From positions 1-26,739 of the IMG/VR virus record IMGVR_UViG_3300032248_000494: a stretch of DNA of 26,739 bases. One strand, 5' to 3'. The position numbers and the translations under genes were made by a program. Below, in pieces: positions 9,158 through 18,653 of the stretch. The stretch is from a virus. Lineage: Duplodnaviria; Caudoviricetes. Below the pieces are notes generated by a model. It saw only the letters and a program-made list of their open reading frames with translations. It was not told the DNA's origin and ran no database searches. Each line of letters starts with the position of its first letter. The stretch's first letter is position 1.

Positions 9158-11175
9158 TAAATGGCCCTCCCTTTTATGTCTTTATTTGGATATTTAACTT
9201 CGAATATACACGGGTCTAAAGAAGGATAGACAATCTTACCTTTAGTTGCCGAATCTATATTATATTTGTTTGGTGAATAATTTCCATCGCCTGCACATAA
9301 GTTATATATTTTAACAGATGGTACACTCATTACACCCTCTACGTTTGCAAGTATTAATTCAATCTCAGAAATATTAATTGGTTTATTAAATGTCCAATTA
9401 TCTATATTAAAATATTTTTGAATTTCAGTTAAACAATTAGCAATAACTTCTCTTTTGTTATAATTTGAATAACATATTACTTCAAAATCAACACCAATAT
9501 TTACAATAAATCCATCTATAATATTTACTGCATCTGTAAGCATTCTATACTCACCCAAATATGTTTTAACATTTTCTTTAACTGCTTGGTTTAATTGTGT
9601 TAAATTTTTATTTGAATCAAACCCCAATAAATACATATTAACCGCAAATGGATTATTAACTTCTGCAATTGCTGTATTTTTTTGTGATAGATATTTTACT
9701 AATTCCTTTTGAATTTCAGTTGATTTTTTATCTTTAAGAGACTCAACTAATCCAGTGAATTCTGCTATATTTTTTGGTGATGCCAATATAGATGAAGGTG
9801 AATTATTATCAACTTCGCCATCGGGTGAAACATATACTTTTGCTACACTACCATATCTTTCTGGCATTGATAATGTTCTTACAATATAATCTTGTCTAGT
9901 TACTGCTCTGTTTTGAGAACCAAATGCACCCAATGCGTTTTGCCTAATTTCTTCAATTGATTCGGCTCCCCTACCACCAACAGCTGGTTCTAAATTTTCT
10001 ACAGCTACCGATCTTTTAGTTGTATTATATGAATTTACATCAGATACAGAAATTAAATCTTCTTCAAATTCTATTTTAGATATGGTTGTTAAATCTCCTG
10101 CATTTACATTAGAAGAAACTCCACCGCCTACTAAATACTTTATTATTATTTGACCGCTTGGTGCAATACCAAATGTATTTGTTTTTAAAAAATTAGAAGG
10201 GTCTATTGAACTATTTAATCTTGTTATAGAATTGGCTAATCCTAATCCAATATTTTTAGTATTTGGTAAAATTATTTCATCGTTTAAAGATGTATCACCA
10301 CTACCAAATTGTATATCAATTGTATTATCAGAATTTACTTTAACTGAATATCTTCTTGGAACCTTTTGTAATTCTAATATATAAGGAACTGTACCGGCAT
10401 ATTCACTTAATTCTCCATTAACTTCTGTGTTTGGTTTTTCTACAAAGATACTTTCCTGTGCAAGATATGGTACTTCGTAATATTTTTCACCATTTTCAGT
10501 AATTGAAACTATTTGTATAATATTAGAATCGCTTAATGTTACCGATGGATAATCAGTTGTAGTTATATTTAAACTTGTTTCGTTTTGGGTTGCAGATATT
10601 GCTTTTACTTTTTTTGTTATTAAATAAAATTGGGGAATTCCATTCGTATCTCTTTCATAAACATCAATCTCTCTATCGGTTGGATTTGCAAAATCAACAG
10701 AATCAACTGTTCGGAATATTATACTTGAATTACTATTTGCAGCAACTTCCATTCCATCTTTTATTTTTAAATAATAAGAGGTATCTGGTTCGTATTCAGT
10801 ACCAGTACTTGCATTTGAATTATATATTGATGGAACTAATTGATAAATAGTCAATGTAGTTACTGCAGGAGAGGTTACTTTTGGTTTATATCCCATTGAC
10901 TGTGCCAATGCTACTACGTTTTTCCTTTCAGTAGCATGTGCCAACATTGATTCTTTTAATTGCGTATCTTGATAAAACGCCAACACATCTCCAATATAAG
11001 ATGCCATTTCAATGAATACCATACCAGGTGAAGATTCATTAAAATCTGAATATGTGTTTGGAAAATATGTTTTAGCATATTGAATTAGATTTTCTTTTAA
11101 AGAATCAAAATCCTTTCCAACATAATTTATGTTTTTATTACTTCCAAAAGATTTCTTTACACTTTTTATAGCCAT
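9157..11175 (-). CDS. Baseplate wedge subunit (T4 gp6 / baseplate J-like)
   Basis: 672 aa. KDFDSLKENLIQY, YIGDVLAFYQD, ATERKNVVALAQSMGYKP, IQFGSG, AVGGRGAESIEEIR and QNRAVTRQDY are characteristic gp6 motifs. Confidence 0.9.
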   Translation of the reverse strand: MAIKSVKKSFGSNKNINYVGKDFDSLKENLIQYAKTYFPNTYSDFNESSPGMVFIEMASYIGDVLAFYQDTQLKESMLAHATERKNVVALAQSMGYKPKVTSPAVTTLTIYQLVPSIYNSNASTGTEYEPDTSYYLKIKDGMEVAANSNSSIIFRTVDSVDFANPTDREIDVYERDTNGIPQFYLITKKVKAISATQNETSLNITTTDYPSVTLSDSNIIQIVSITENGEKYYEVPYLAQESIFVEKPNTEVNGELSEYAGTVPYILELQKVPRRYSVKVNSDNTIDIQFGSGDTSLNDEIILPNTKNIGLGLANSITRLNSSIDPSNFLKTNTFGIAPSGQIIIKYLVGGGVSSNVNAGDLTTISKIEFEEDLISVSDVNSYNTTKRSVAVENLEPAVGGRGAESIEEIRQNALGAFGSQNRAVTRQDYIVRTLSMPERYGSVAKVYVSPDGEVDNNSPSSILASPKNIAEFTGLVESLKDKKSTEIQKELVKYLSQKNTAIAEVNNPFAVNMYLLGFDSNKNLTQLNQAVKENVKTYLGEYRMLTDAVNIIDGFIVNIGVDFEVICYSNYNKREVIANCLTEIQKYFNIDNWTFNKPINISEIELILANVEGVMSVPSVKIYNLCAGDGNYSPNKYNIDSATKGKIVYPSLDPCIFEVKYPNKDIKGRAI

Positions 11176-11176
11176 T

Positions 11177-11614
11177 TTAGTTATTTATATTAATTGTTAC
11201 CGACTCTCTTAAATTGGGATTAGAAGTTAAAGAAAAGTTTATTTCAACACCAAATTTATTGGCATCTTTAAATTCATCATTATAATCCAATATTATTTCA
11301 TTTACAGAAATATATGGTAACCACCTATTTACAGCATTAATAATAACCGATTCTACTTTAGTATCTAATTCACCATCTATTATTGGTTCAAATAGAATTT
11401 TCCAAATATCACAACCAAATTCAGGTTGTCCGACTCTTTCACCCTTTCTAGTCATTATAAGATTTATAATATTTGAACGAGCTTGTTTTAATGTAGTATA
11501 GTTAACAGCAAATGCACCTCCGGAGTTAGATGAAGTATTAATACCAATACCTAATACTTTATAATCATTTTCTGTTAAATCTGTTACATTAACCTTACCA
11601 AGCTCTATTGCCAT
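11177..11614 (-). CDS. Baseplate wedge / sheath-initiator protein (gp25/GpW-like)
   Basis: 145 aa. NLIMTRKGERVGQPEFGCDIWKILFEP...RWLPYI is the gp25-family signature; adjacent to the gp6-like gene. Confidence 0.9.
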   Translation of the reverse strand: MAIELGKVNVTDLTENDYKVLGIGINTSSNSGGAFAVNYTTLKQARSNIINLIMTRKGERVGQPEFGCDIWKILFEPIIDGELDTKVESVIINAVNRWLPYISVNEIILDYNDEFKDANKFGVEINFSLTSNPNLRESVTININN

Positions 11615-12138
11615 TATTTAAATCTTTTTACTAATTCACTATAATCTCTTGTCAATGCTTTTATTGTTGCATCTTGTAAACCATCACCAGTTGATTGAAA
11701 GCTTTGTGCAGGATTTACGTCTGGCACATTTATATCTCTAAAATCCATAGTTTCCCAATCTTCTTCCATTACTCTGCTTTGTGGTTTTATCATATCCAAT
11801 ACACTACCACCTGCATCAGATACACCACCTTCTACTCTATGTGCAGCTGTAAATGGTTGAGTCATATTAAGAATCTCATTAATCATTGGGTCTTTTGTAA
11901 ATTCTTTTGCTGGTCTTTGCTGTACTGCTGATACCACTTCACGTCTTTGTGCAGCAGCAGCAGCAGTTGGTTTTATATTTACTTCTGCTAAATCTTTTAG
12001 TGATGGGGTTGATTTCTTTTGTGAGTTCAAAGTAACCGCACCAGACTTGATTAACTTTGCAACTTCCTCTTTAACTTGTTGCTTAACTTCGTTTTTAACA
12101 ACTTCTTTAATTAAAGTTAGTAAAATTTCGGATTTCAT
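11614..12138 (-). CDS. Hypothetical protein
   Basis: 174 aa. N-terminal LIKEVVKNEVK helix and C-terminal ALTRDYSELVK; 1-nt overlap with the gp25-like gene. Confidence 0.6.
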   Translation of the reverse strand: MKSEILLTLIKEVVKNEVKQQVKEEVAKLIKSGAVTLNSQKKSTPSLKDLAEVNIKPTAAAAAQRREVVSAVQQRPAKEFTKDPMINEILNMTQPFTAAHRVEGGVSDAGGSVLDMIKPQSRVMEEDWETMDFRDINVPDVNPAQSFQSTGDGLQDATIKALTRDYSELVKRFK

Positions 12139-12157
12139 AATAATAATAATTGTTTTT

Positions 12158-12166
12158 AATAAATAT
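12158..12166 (-). promoter_or_regulatory. Putative late-promoter motif ATATTTATT
   Basis: Intergenic, about 20 nt upstream of the ATG at 12138. Confidence 0.4.
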
Positions 12167-12185
12167 TGAAAGTAAAAATTTAATT

Positions 12186-12731
12186 TTATACTTTATACCC
12201 ACTCCATTGAATTACACCGGGAGCGGGCGGCGCGGGTGGTGGATATTGTGCTATAACAGTAAATAATCCACTTACCGTTGTTAGATGTATTTTAGCTGAA
12301 TTAATAAATGCATTTAAAAATTGTTCAGGGTTATTGCTTGGTGGAACTTTGTTTATTGTCCATCCTCCTGGATTTAATACTAATCCTGTTATTGTTGATA
12401 TATTTTTTACTGCACCAGGTGGAGGTATAATCGGTGTAGGAACTTGTGATAATTGCGCGCCAACCCAATATACTATTACGGCCGGGCCTACTACTTCTAA
12501 GAATGTTATAACTTTGGATGTTTGCGTTTGCTTTAATAAATTTACCAAAGTTTGTTGCATTAATACCTTATTACCTTTAACCAATGGAACTTTATTCAAA
12601 GAATCACCGCCTGATTTTATTGCAATATCATATGCTTGTGTGAAACTTGCTGCAAATTTATCTAAGCTATCACCATATGCATTATTTTGCATCAATGGTA
12701 ATAATGATGATTTAAATGTATTCCAAGACAT
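12186..12731 (-). CDS. Pro-rich hypothetical protein directly downstream of the spike gene (possible spike-tip/hub accessory)
   Basis: 181 aa with PTPIIPPPGA and YPPPAPPAPG. Translationally coupled to the spike gene at 12731. Function is inferred from position only. Confidence 0.5.
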   Translation of the reverse strand: MSWNTFKSSLLPLMQNNAYGDSLDKFAASFTQAYDIAIKSGGDSLNKVPLVKGNKVLMQQTLVNLLKQTQTSKVITFLEVVGPAVIVYWVGAQLSQVPTPIIPPPGAVKNISTITGLVLNPGGWTINKVPPSNNPEQFLNAFINSAKIHLTTVSGLFTVIAQYPPPAPPAPGVIQWSGYKV

Positions 12732-13945
12732 TAGTTTTTACTTAAAAAGTTTTTAGCAGATAATATTGTTTTTAATTTGGATTTTATAGCATTAAATGCT
12801 GCTATATTTGTTGGACCAGGAGAAGAAGGACCAGCCGGTGTTAAATATACTTGTTGTCCAATTGCATCTAGTATTTGTCCTAATATATCTACTAAATCAC
12901 CACCCAATACCATTTTTTGAACATCTGCCCCTGCATCTCCTTCGCCTTTGTTTTTTCCTAAATATATCTTACCACTATCGGAATTTAAAAATATTTGATT
13001 AGATCCTTCGGAATGTATTGTTATATTTTTCTTATTATGAAAGTATATTTCTTTTTCAGCATCAATAGAATAATTACCATCTGTGATTACTCCTGTGTTC
13101 CCTTTTCCAAAAATTATAAATTCTTTTGCTTTAGCAGATAATACAATTCTATCAGAATTTATGAATATTTGGTCACCAGTAAAATCAGCTGAAGATGGAT
13201 ATCCTTTAAATCCTTTCTTTTGTTTTTTAATTTCTTCTTTAAATGGTACTTTAACTTTACCTGATGTTATATAAAACGAACCCCCATCTTTATTTATATC
13301 TTCTTCAATTAATTCACCTATTGGTTTATCATCTAATTCCGGGTTTTGCTTACTACGAATGAATATTGATGGAGAAGATGTCTTATCATCTTCTGTTAAA
13401 AAAAATTCTGAAAATCTAATAGTGTTACCTACTCTACCACTAACTATCGTATCACCTTCTTTTGGTTTTAGAAATTTAATTTTTTCTTTTACTATATATT
13501 TTTTCTTTTGAGAGTCTTGCTTTGGTGCGGGTTTATTCGGTGTACCGGTTTCTTTACTTTCGTTGTAATCTTTACTTTTATTATCTTTTGACTCTGGTAA
13601 GTCTTTTTCCTTTGTTGATTCAGATACCTTATAATCACTTCGATAGTTTGGATATTGGGTGTTTGTATATGGCATCCAATAATATTCATTATTGTTTATC
13701 AATATGAAAACCGATTCACCAACTATTGGATATGTAAAATTATTTTTATCAAATGGAAATGCATAGTTTTCCGTTTTAATTGGAGTGTTCCTATTAAACT
13801 CTATTGCACCCAAAAATCTAGCATCTTTTTTATCAAAATTTTTATTACCATTATAAAAAGTAACATAATCAGAATCCGTTTTTAAATTAAGAAAATCTTC
13901 TGATTTAAGAAAAACTTTTGTTACAGTTGCTAAAAATGCTTCCAT
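12731..13945 (-). CDS. Baseplate central spike/hub protein (gp5/gpV-like)
   Basis: 404 aa. N-terminal OB-fold-like AFPFD...YPIVGESVFI, then EGDTIVSGRVGNTIRF, beta-helix-like repeats (QIFINSDRIVLSAK...IFLNS..KIYLG) and a C-terminal LTPAGPS apex-like motif. Confidence 0.7.
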   Translation of the reverse strand: MEAFLATVTKVFLKSEDFLNLKTDSDYVTFYNGNKNFDKKDARFLGAIEFNRNTPIKTENYAFPFDKNNFTYPIVGESVFILINNNEYYWMPYTNTQYPNYRSDYKVSESTKEKDLPESKDNKSKDYNESKETGTPNKPAPKQDSQKKKYIVKEKIKFLKPKEGDTIVSGRVGNTIRFSEFFLTEDDKTSSPSIFIRSKQNPELDDKPIGELIEEDINKDGGSFYITSGKVKVPFKEEIKKQKKGFKGYPSSADFTGDQIFINSDRIVLSAKAKEFIIFGKGNTGVITDGNYSIDAEKEIYFHNKKNITIHSEGSNQIFLNSDSGKIYLGKNKGEGDAGADVQKMVLGGDLVDILGQILDAIGQQVYLTPAGPSSPGPTNIAAFNAIKSKLKTILSAKNFLSKN

Positions 13946-14352
13946 TATTTTACTTTAGTTTTAATTTCTTCAATTTCAATTTGTAAATCAACAAATTTTT
14001 CTTTTGCCTTTTCTTCAACTGCATTTATAGTATCTTCCATATCTGATAGTAATTGTTCTTTTTCACTATCACTCAACCAACCATCTTCACCAATACCCTT
14101 AGCTTCTGCGGCTGCTAGTCTTTGTGCAATTGTTGCAAGTTTAATTAAATGGTCATCGTTTTTAACCGATACCTCAATTAAATCTTTTATAATTGGTGCA
14201 ATCACTGTGGCTTCACCAACATTCTTAATTAATTTTCTTAAAGACTCAATCAATTCAGAAATGTTTTTCTTTTTAGTTTGTTGGTTTTCATAAATATCCT
14301 TAAATAAGGAAGATAAATTTTTACCATCAAATAACTGAAATTCGTTGCTCAT
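13945..14352 (-). CDS. Hypothetical helical phage protein
   Basis: 135 aa, mostly helical/coiled-coil; 1-nt overlap with the spike gene. Confidence 0.6.
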   Translation of the reverse strand: MSNEFQLFDGKNLSSLFKDIYENQQTKKKNISELIESLRKLIKNVGEATVIAPIIKDLIEVSVKNDDHLIKLATIAQRLAAAEAKGIGEDGWLSDSEKEQLLSDMEDTINAVEEKAKEKFVDLQIEIEEIKTKVK

Positions 14353-14375
14353 ATTTTTATTTTATATACTAATAA

Positions 14376-16073
14376 TTATTTACTTATTAAATAATTACCC
14401 AATACTAAATAATCCATATCACTATTTTGTAATGTCCAAATTGCTTTTTGCGGGTCATTAACCATAGTTTCTCCATTTATATTCAATGATGTGTTCAATA
14501 ATATGGGGGTTCCTGATACTTTCTCAAACTCCCTTAGTAAATCATAGTAAAGTGGATTATCTTCCCTTTTAACGGTATGTATTCTTGCTGTACCATCTAC
14601 ATGTGTTACAGATGGTATATTTATATCACTTTTAACCATTACAACTTGATTCATATATGGAACCGGGTTTTCTGATATAAAATATTTTGAATAATCTTCT
14701 ATTGTAACTGAAGGAGCAAATGGTCTAAACATTTCTCTCTTTTTAATAATTTTATTAATTCTATCTCTAACATCGGAAAGATGTGGATTAGCTAATATAG
14801 AACGATTACCCAATGCCCTTGCACCAAATTCGGTTCTACCTTGAAACCAACCTATAACATTACCGTCGTTTATTAATTTAGCAACTGTGGTGCACAACTC
14901 CATTGCATCATCCATTGGATAAATACTCAATCCTTCAATTTCACCTAATTCGTTTAGTATATCTAATTCTGTAAACTCTGGTCCTAAATATGGAGATTGG
15001 TTATCACCGCCTTTTACTTTCGGGTGGCCTAATGTTGAATGATAGTGATATAAGCATGCTCCAATTGCTGAACCTGCATCAGATGGTGCATATGGTATCC
15101 ATAAATTATTAACAGATGTAGTTTTTTTTATTTTGCCGTTAGCAGTTGCGTTATATGCACACCCACCACCTAATACTAAGTTATTATCAGTACTTAACAT
15201 CAGGAATCTATTTATTATAAAATATAGTTTTGATTCATACCATCGTTGAAGTGATGCTGCCAAATCTTTATGATGTTGCTCAATCGGTTCTCCTTCAAAT
15301 CGAGGTGGAAATCCAATTAATTTAATTAATTTATTTGTAAACATATCCGTATTAGAATATTCCCAAGTAAAATATTTTTGTTTTATTTTAAGTATATCAT
15401 ATGCATCCCCATTTTCTGTTATTTTTGAAAATATATTTTCATATAATGTATTATCACCATATGGTGCTAAACCCATCACTTTATATTCACCTTCATTTGG
15501 TTTAAATCCCAAATATGATGTGATAGTAGAATATACCAACCCGAGTGAATCTGGAAATTGTAATACTTTTCTTTCATATATTTTGCTTTTATTAAACGCT
15601 ACAATAGACATTGTATCCCATTCGCCGACACCATCTATTGAAATGCCAGTTGCTTTATCAAATGGAGATGTATAATATGAAAATGCTAAATGTGATAAAT
15701 GATGCTTTGTATATAAGATAGGACCATCATAGCCAATTCCCAATAGTAAATATTCCAATGCACCTTCGCCTTCATTCCATTTTTTTAAGAATTTATTAAA
15801 CTTTTTGTTATACTTCAATCCATACCACTTCCCCAAAGTTTTTTTAACTCTATTAAATTTTAAATTCGGGTCTTCATACCAACAAACCATATTTATTTCA
15901 TCAATTGATATCTGTGTATATTGTAAACACCATTCAATCGCCTTAAACGGAAAAGAACTATCATGCTTTATGCCTGATAGTTTCTCTTCTTCAATTGCTG
16001 CTATTACTTTACCATCTATTACAATGCATGCTGCAGAGTCATGATAAAATCCTGATAAACCTAATTGTATCAT
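14376..16073 (-). CDS. Carbamoyltransferase (NodU/CmcH/TobZ family)
   Basis: 565 aa. FYHDSAAC, HHLSHLA, IDGVGE, EYKVMGLAPYG, LGGGCAYN, DAGSAIG, EFGARALGNRSILA, KKREMFRPFAP, THVDGTAR and LLNTSLN. Confidence 0.95.
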   Translation of the reverse strand: MIQLGLSGFYHDSAACIVIDGKVIAAIEEEKLSGIKHDSSFPFKAIEWCLQYTQISIDEINMVCWYEDPNLKFNRVKKTLGKWYGLKYNKKFNKFLKKWNEGEGALEYLLLGIGYDGPILYTKHHLSHLAFSYYTSPFDKATGISIDGVGEWDTMSIVAFNKSKIYERKVLQFPDSLGLVYSTITSYLGFKPNEGEYKVMGLAPYGDNTLYENIFSKITENGDAYDILKIKQKYFTWEYSNTDMFTNKLIKLIGFPPRFEGEPIEQHHKDLAASLQRWYESKLYFIINRFLMLSTDNNLVLGGGCAYNATANGKIKKTTSVNNLWIPYAPSDAGSAIGACLYHYHSTLGHPKVKGGDNQSPYLGPEFTELDILNELGEIEGLSIYPMDDAMELCTTVAKLINDGNVIGWFQGRTEFGARALGNRSILANPHLSDVRDRINKIIKKREMFRPFAPSVTIEDYSKYFISENPVPYMNQVVMVKSDINIPSVTHVDGTARIHTVKREDNPLYYDLLREFEKVSGTPILLNTSLNINGETMVNDPQKAIWTLQNSDMDYLVLGNYLISK

Positions 16074-16075
16074 AT

Positions 16076-16774
16076 TTAAATTTTTATATCACCATTTTTA
16101 TCAAATTCATTATATAAATCCATTTGTTTTTCCTTCATTTTATTTACAACCTTTGTTATATAATGAGTTGGGTGACCTGTCATTTCTCTAATTAAAAGAT
16201 ATAACGATTTTTTATTGAAGTTTTCGATATATTCTGCTCTACGGAATAATTCCAATACAGCATCTGCTATTTGCATATCTCTACGTTTTGGAAAAAAGTT
16301 CTCTAAATGAATATCCCAATATTGTAACATTCGTTGATTAAAAGTTCTATACTCATCATTACGGACTTCCTCTCTAAAGTTATTTTCAGTATCAAACGAT
16401 TCTGGAAGACCAGACATTATATCTGTATCTTTATATCTTTTATAATTTGCATTATTATTTAAAATAAGATAATTTCTTGCAACAATAGTAAAATAAGAGA
16501 ATGCCTTTCCTTTACCACTTTTGTACATATGAATTTTTTCTACCATAAATGCAACAACTTCTGCCATTACATCTTTTGGGTCATCATCAAAGTATGTAAA
16601 CTTCCATTTATTGTAAACTATCTCTGCCATCTTATCAAATGCAGATTTAATTCTTTCTCTGTATAATTTATCTTTAATATACTGGTCCGTTGTTAAATTA
16701 TATTCAATAATAGCATCTTCCGTATCTTTTGAAAAATACTGTCTATTAGGGCCTCGTTTTTTTCTAATTGCCAT
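16076..16774 (-). CDS. Phage sigma-factor-like protein (T4 gp55 late sigma-like)
   Basis: 232 aa. YFSKDTEDAIIEYN...KMAEIVY...KGKAFSYFTIVARNYLI resembles sigma region 2 as in gp55 ('AFAYFT'). Confidence 0.7.
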   Translation of the reverse strand: MAIRKKRGPNRQYFSKDTEDAIIEYNLTTDQYIKDKLYRERIKSAFDKMAEIVYNKWKFTYFDDDPKDVMAEVVAFMVEKIHMYKSGKGKAFSYFTIVARNYLILNNNANYKRYKDTDIMSGLPESFDTENNFREEVRNDEYRTFNQRMLQYWDIHLENFFPKRRDMQIADAVLELFRRAEYIENFNKKSLYLLIREMTGHPTHYITKVVNKMKEKQMDLYNEFDKNGDIKI

Positions 16775-17036
16775 TTTTTTGTTTTTTGAATCTTTCGATA
16801 GTTTCTTTTATTTGATAAAATATAGAACCCACTTCATCATCTTTCTCAAACATTTCACGACTATCTATTAGTCTTAGTGCTTCCAGTAATGCTTCGTTTC
16901 TTTTTAATTCATCATCAATAAATTTTTCATATTCTTCAATATTATCTTCATACTTTTCTAATTTTTTAAGAAGATTAATAATTACCCATGTCATAATTGT
17001 TAAAAGCATGCTAAGTAAAATAATTGTTAATTGCAT
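16764..17036 (-). CDS. Small membrane-anchored coiled-coil protein
   Basis: 90 aa; hydrophobic N-terminal 22 aa followed by a charged helix. Confidence 0.6.
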   Translation of the reverse strand: MQLTIILLSMLLTIMTWVIINLLKKLEKYEDNIEEYEKFIDDELKRNEALLEALRLIDSREMFEKDDEVGSIFYQIKETIERFKKQKNGN

Positions 17037-17039
17037 ATA

Positions 17040-17675
17040 TTAAACGATTTCATATCCTTGTAAAAAATAATTGTTTGCTTTTTTGTGTTTAACTTCAATA
17101 AGTTGGCCATCCGGTGCTTTCATCACAATCAACTCATTTCTTCCATATTTTTTATTATTTATAATTGTAGTAGAATAAACTCTTTCTTTAATTGTAAATC
17201 CATCTAAATGGTCAATCTCATGTTGAACAATAACTGTCATCATTGTTTCTTTTGAAATTTGTTCACCTTGTTTATCGCCTTCTGTATTTACTTCAAAAGT
17301 TAATTCACCCAAATTATCCGTATTAATTACAACTTTACATGCTCTGATAGTTTTTATAGGTTTTTCCATTGAATCAGGTATAGAAAGGCATCCTTCATAA
17401 AAAAGAAAACCATCCTTAGATTTTTCTTTAACGATTGGGTTTAATAGAAATAATTCTTCATCTGCAAATTTAATATAACATGCTCTCTTTTTTATACCTA
17501 ATTGCGTTGCCGATATTCCAATCCCGCCATAGGTTTTTAAACCATCTTCTAATTCTTTTCGTAACTCATCAGCTTCTTTTTGAGTTATTTCTGATTTGAT
17601 AATAGGAGTTTTAAGATATTCTCTAAATTCCTGTGTTTCAAATCCTTGTTTGTTTTTGTTTACGATTAATCTCAT
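17040..17675 (-). CDS. def: Peptide deformylase
   Basis: GIGISATQLG (motif 1 variant), EGCLS and QHEIDHLDG. Confidence 0.95.
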   Translation of the reverse strand: MRLIVNKNKQGFETQEFREYLKTPIIKSEITQKEADELRKELEDGLKTYGGIGISATQLGIKKRACYIKFADEELFLLNPIVKEKSKDGFLFYEGCLSIPDSMEKPIKTIRACKVVINTDNLGELTFEVNTEGDKQGEQISKETMMTVIVQHEIDHLDGFTIKERVYSTTIINNKKYGRNELIVMKAPDGQLIEVKHKKANNYFLQGYEIV

Positions 17676-18613
17676 ATTTGATATGTGTTTAGTGAACGTA
17701 ACCCACTATACTCACAGGTTACATTATTTATAAATGGCAATATTGCTAATTCTTTTGCTTTTGCTTCAACCATAACGTCCACATCTAATTCGTATGTATT
17801 GGGGAGGGAATTAATATACAATGAGTGAGCTTGTGGTTTTTCTTTTTTGTTATTTTCATGTAATGCTTTTGATTCCGAATAATGAACAACCGGTGTAATG
17901 CCTTCTGGCCAAGTTGTTGCTGCAAGTTTCAATGCTTGTTCTTCTGTTAAGTCGCCTGTACAAAATTGGTGATGGTGATAATCAAATACAATAGGAGTAC
18001 CGATTGCATTATGGATATACATCAAATCTCTAACAGAATACATTGATGCTTTATCATCATTCTCAATTGTAAGCCGTTTTTGAACCGATTTAGAGAGTCT
18101 TTTAAAGTTTTTGATAAATCTATCCATTGCGGCCATTTTATCTCCGTAAACCCCATTACAATGAATATTAATCTTATTGTATGGTGTTTTAGATAACCCC
18201 ATCATATCAAATATCTTACCATGTAATTCCAAATCAGCGATAGTTTTTTCAACTACCGATTCTTTTGGTGATACTAATACGTTGAAAGGGCCAGGATGAG
18301 TTGTAATACGAATATTGTGAAATTTAGCAAAATCACCTGCCTTCTTTAACTCACTTTTAATTTCTTTGTAATCTTTTAATTGAGTAATATCAATACTATC
18401 ACCCCAAGGGATAAGAGCAGATGATAAACGAAAGAAATTAATCTTATGTTGTCTATTCCACTCTAAAATTTTGATAATATCTTTAGCATTTAGTAATGCC
18501 AACTCCGAAACGTAATCTAAACCTTTAAGATTTAGTGTTTTCTTCACCATTGTTCTGTTTGTAGTAATTTTTTTACCCAAACTCATGTTTATGCAAGCGT
18601 ATCCTATATTCAT
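17672..18613 (-). CDS. uvsE: UV DNA damage repair endonuclease
   Basis: IGYACIN, FFRLSS, RITTHPGPFNVL, LTIENDDK, PIVFDYHHH, VVHYSES and DVMVEAKAKE. Confidence 0.93.
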   Translation of the reverse strand: MNIGYACINMSLGKKITTNRTMVKKTLNLKGLDYVSELALLNAKDIIKILEWNRQHKINFFRLSSALIPWGDSIDITQLKDYKEIKSELKKAGDFAKFHNIRITTHPGPFNVLVSPKESVVEKTIADLELHGKIFDMMGLSKTPYNKINIHCNGVYGDKMAAMDRFIKNFKRLSKSVQKRLTIENDDKASMYSVRDLMYIHNAIGTPIVFDYHHHQFCTGDLTEEQALKLAATTWPEGITPVVHYSESKALHENNKKEKPQAHSLYINSLPNTYELDVDVMVEAKAKELAILPFINNVTCEYSGLRSLNTYQI

Positions 18614-18617
18614 TTGT

Positions 18618-18649
18618 GTAATATACGATAATATTTTTAAAACACCAAA
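18618..18649 (-). promoter_or_regulatory. Bacteroidota-type sigmaA-like promoter (TTTG-N20-TATATTAC) for uvsE
   Basis: Minus-strand TTTG at 18649-18646, 20-nt spacer, TATATTAC at 18625-18618; ATG follows after 4 nt. Confidence 0.6.
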
Positions 18650-18653
18650 TTTT

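Noticed and set aside
11950-12150. (gca)n at ~11951 and (aat)n at ~12139 microsatellites
   Set aside because: A short poly-Ala codon run and an AT-rich leader; too short to argue for phase variation.
12219-12242. GC-rich G-run patch (possible G-quadruplex)
   Set aside because: Explained by Pro/Ala codons (PPPAPPAPG) on the minus strand.
13492-13689. 65-aa minus-strand ORF nested in the spike gene
   Set aside because: Out-of-frame overlap in a K-rich low-complexity region with no independent support.
13945-14352. Terminase small subunit call for the 135-aa helical protein
   Set aside because: Only general size and helicity fit; no large terminase adjacent and no motif I can support.
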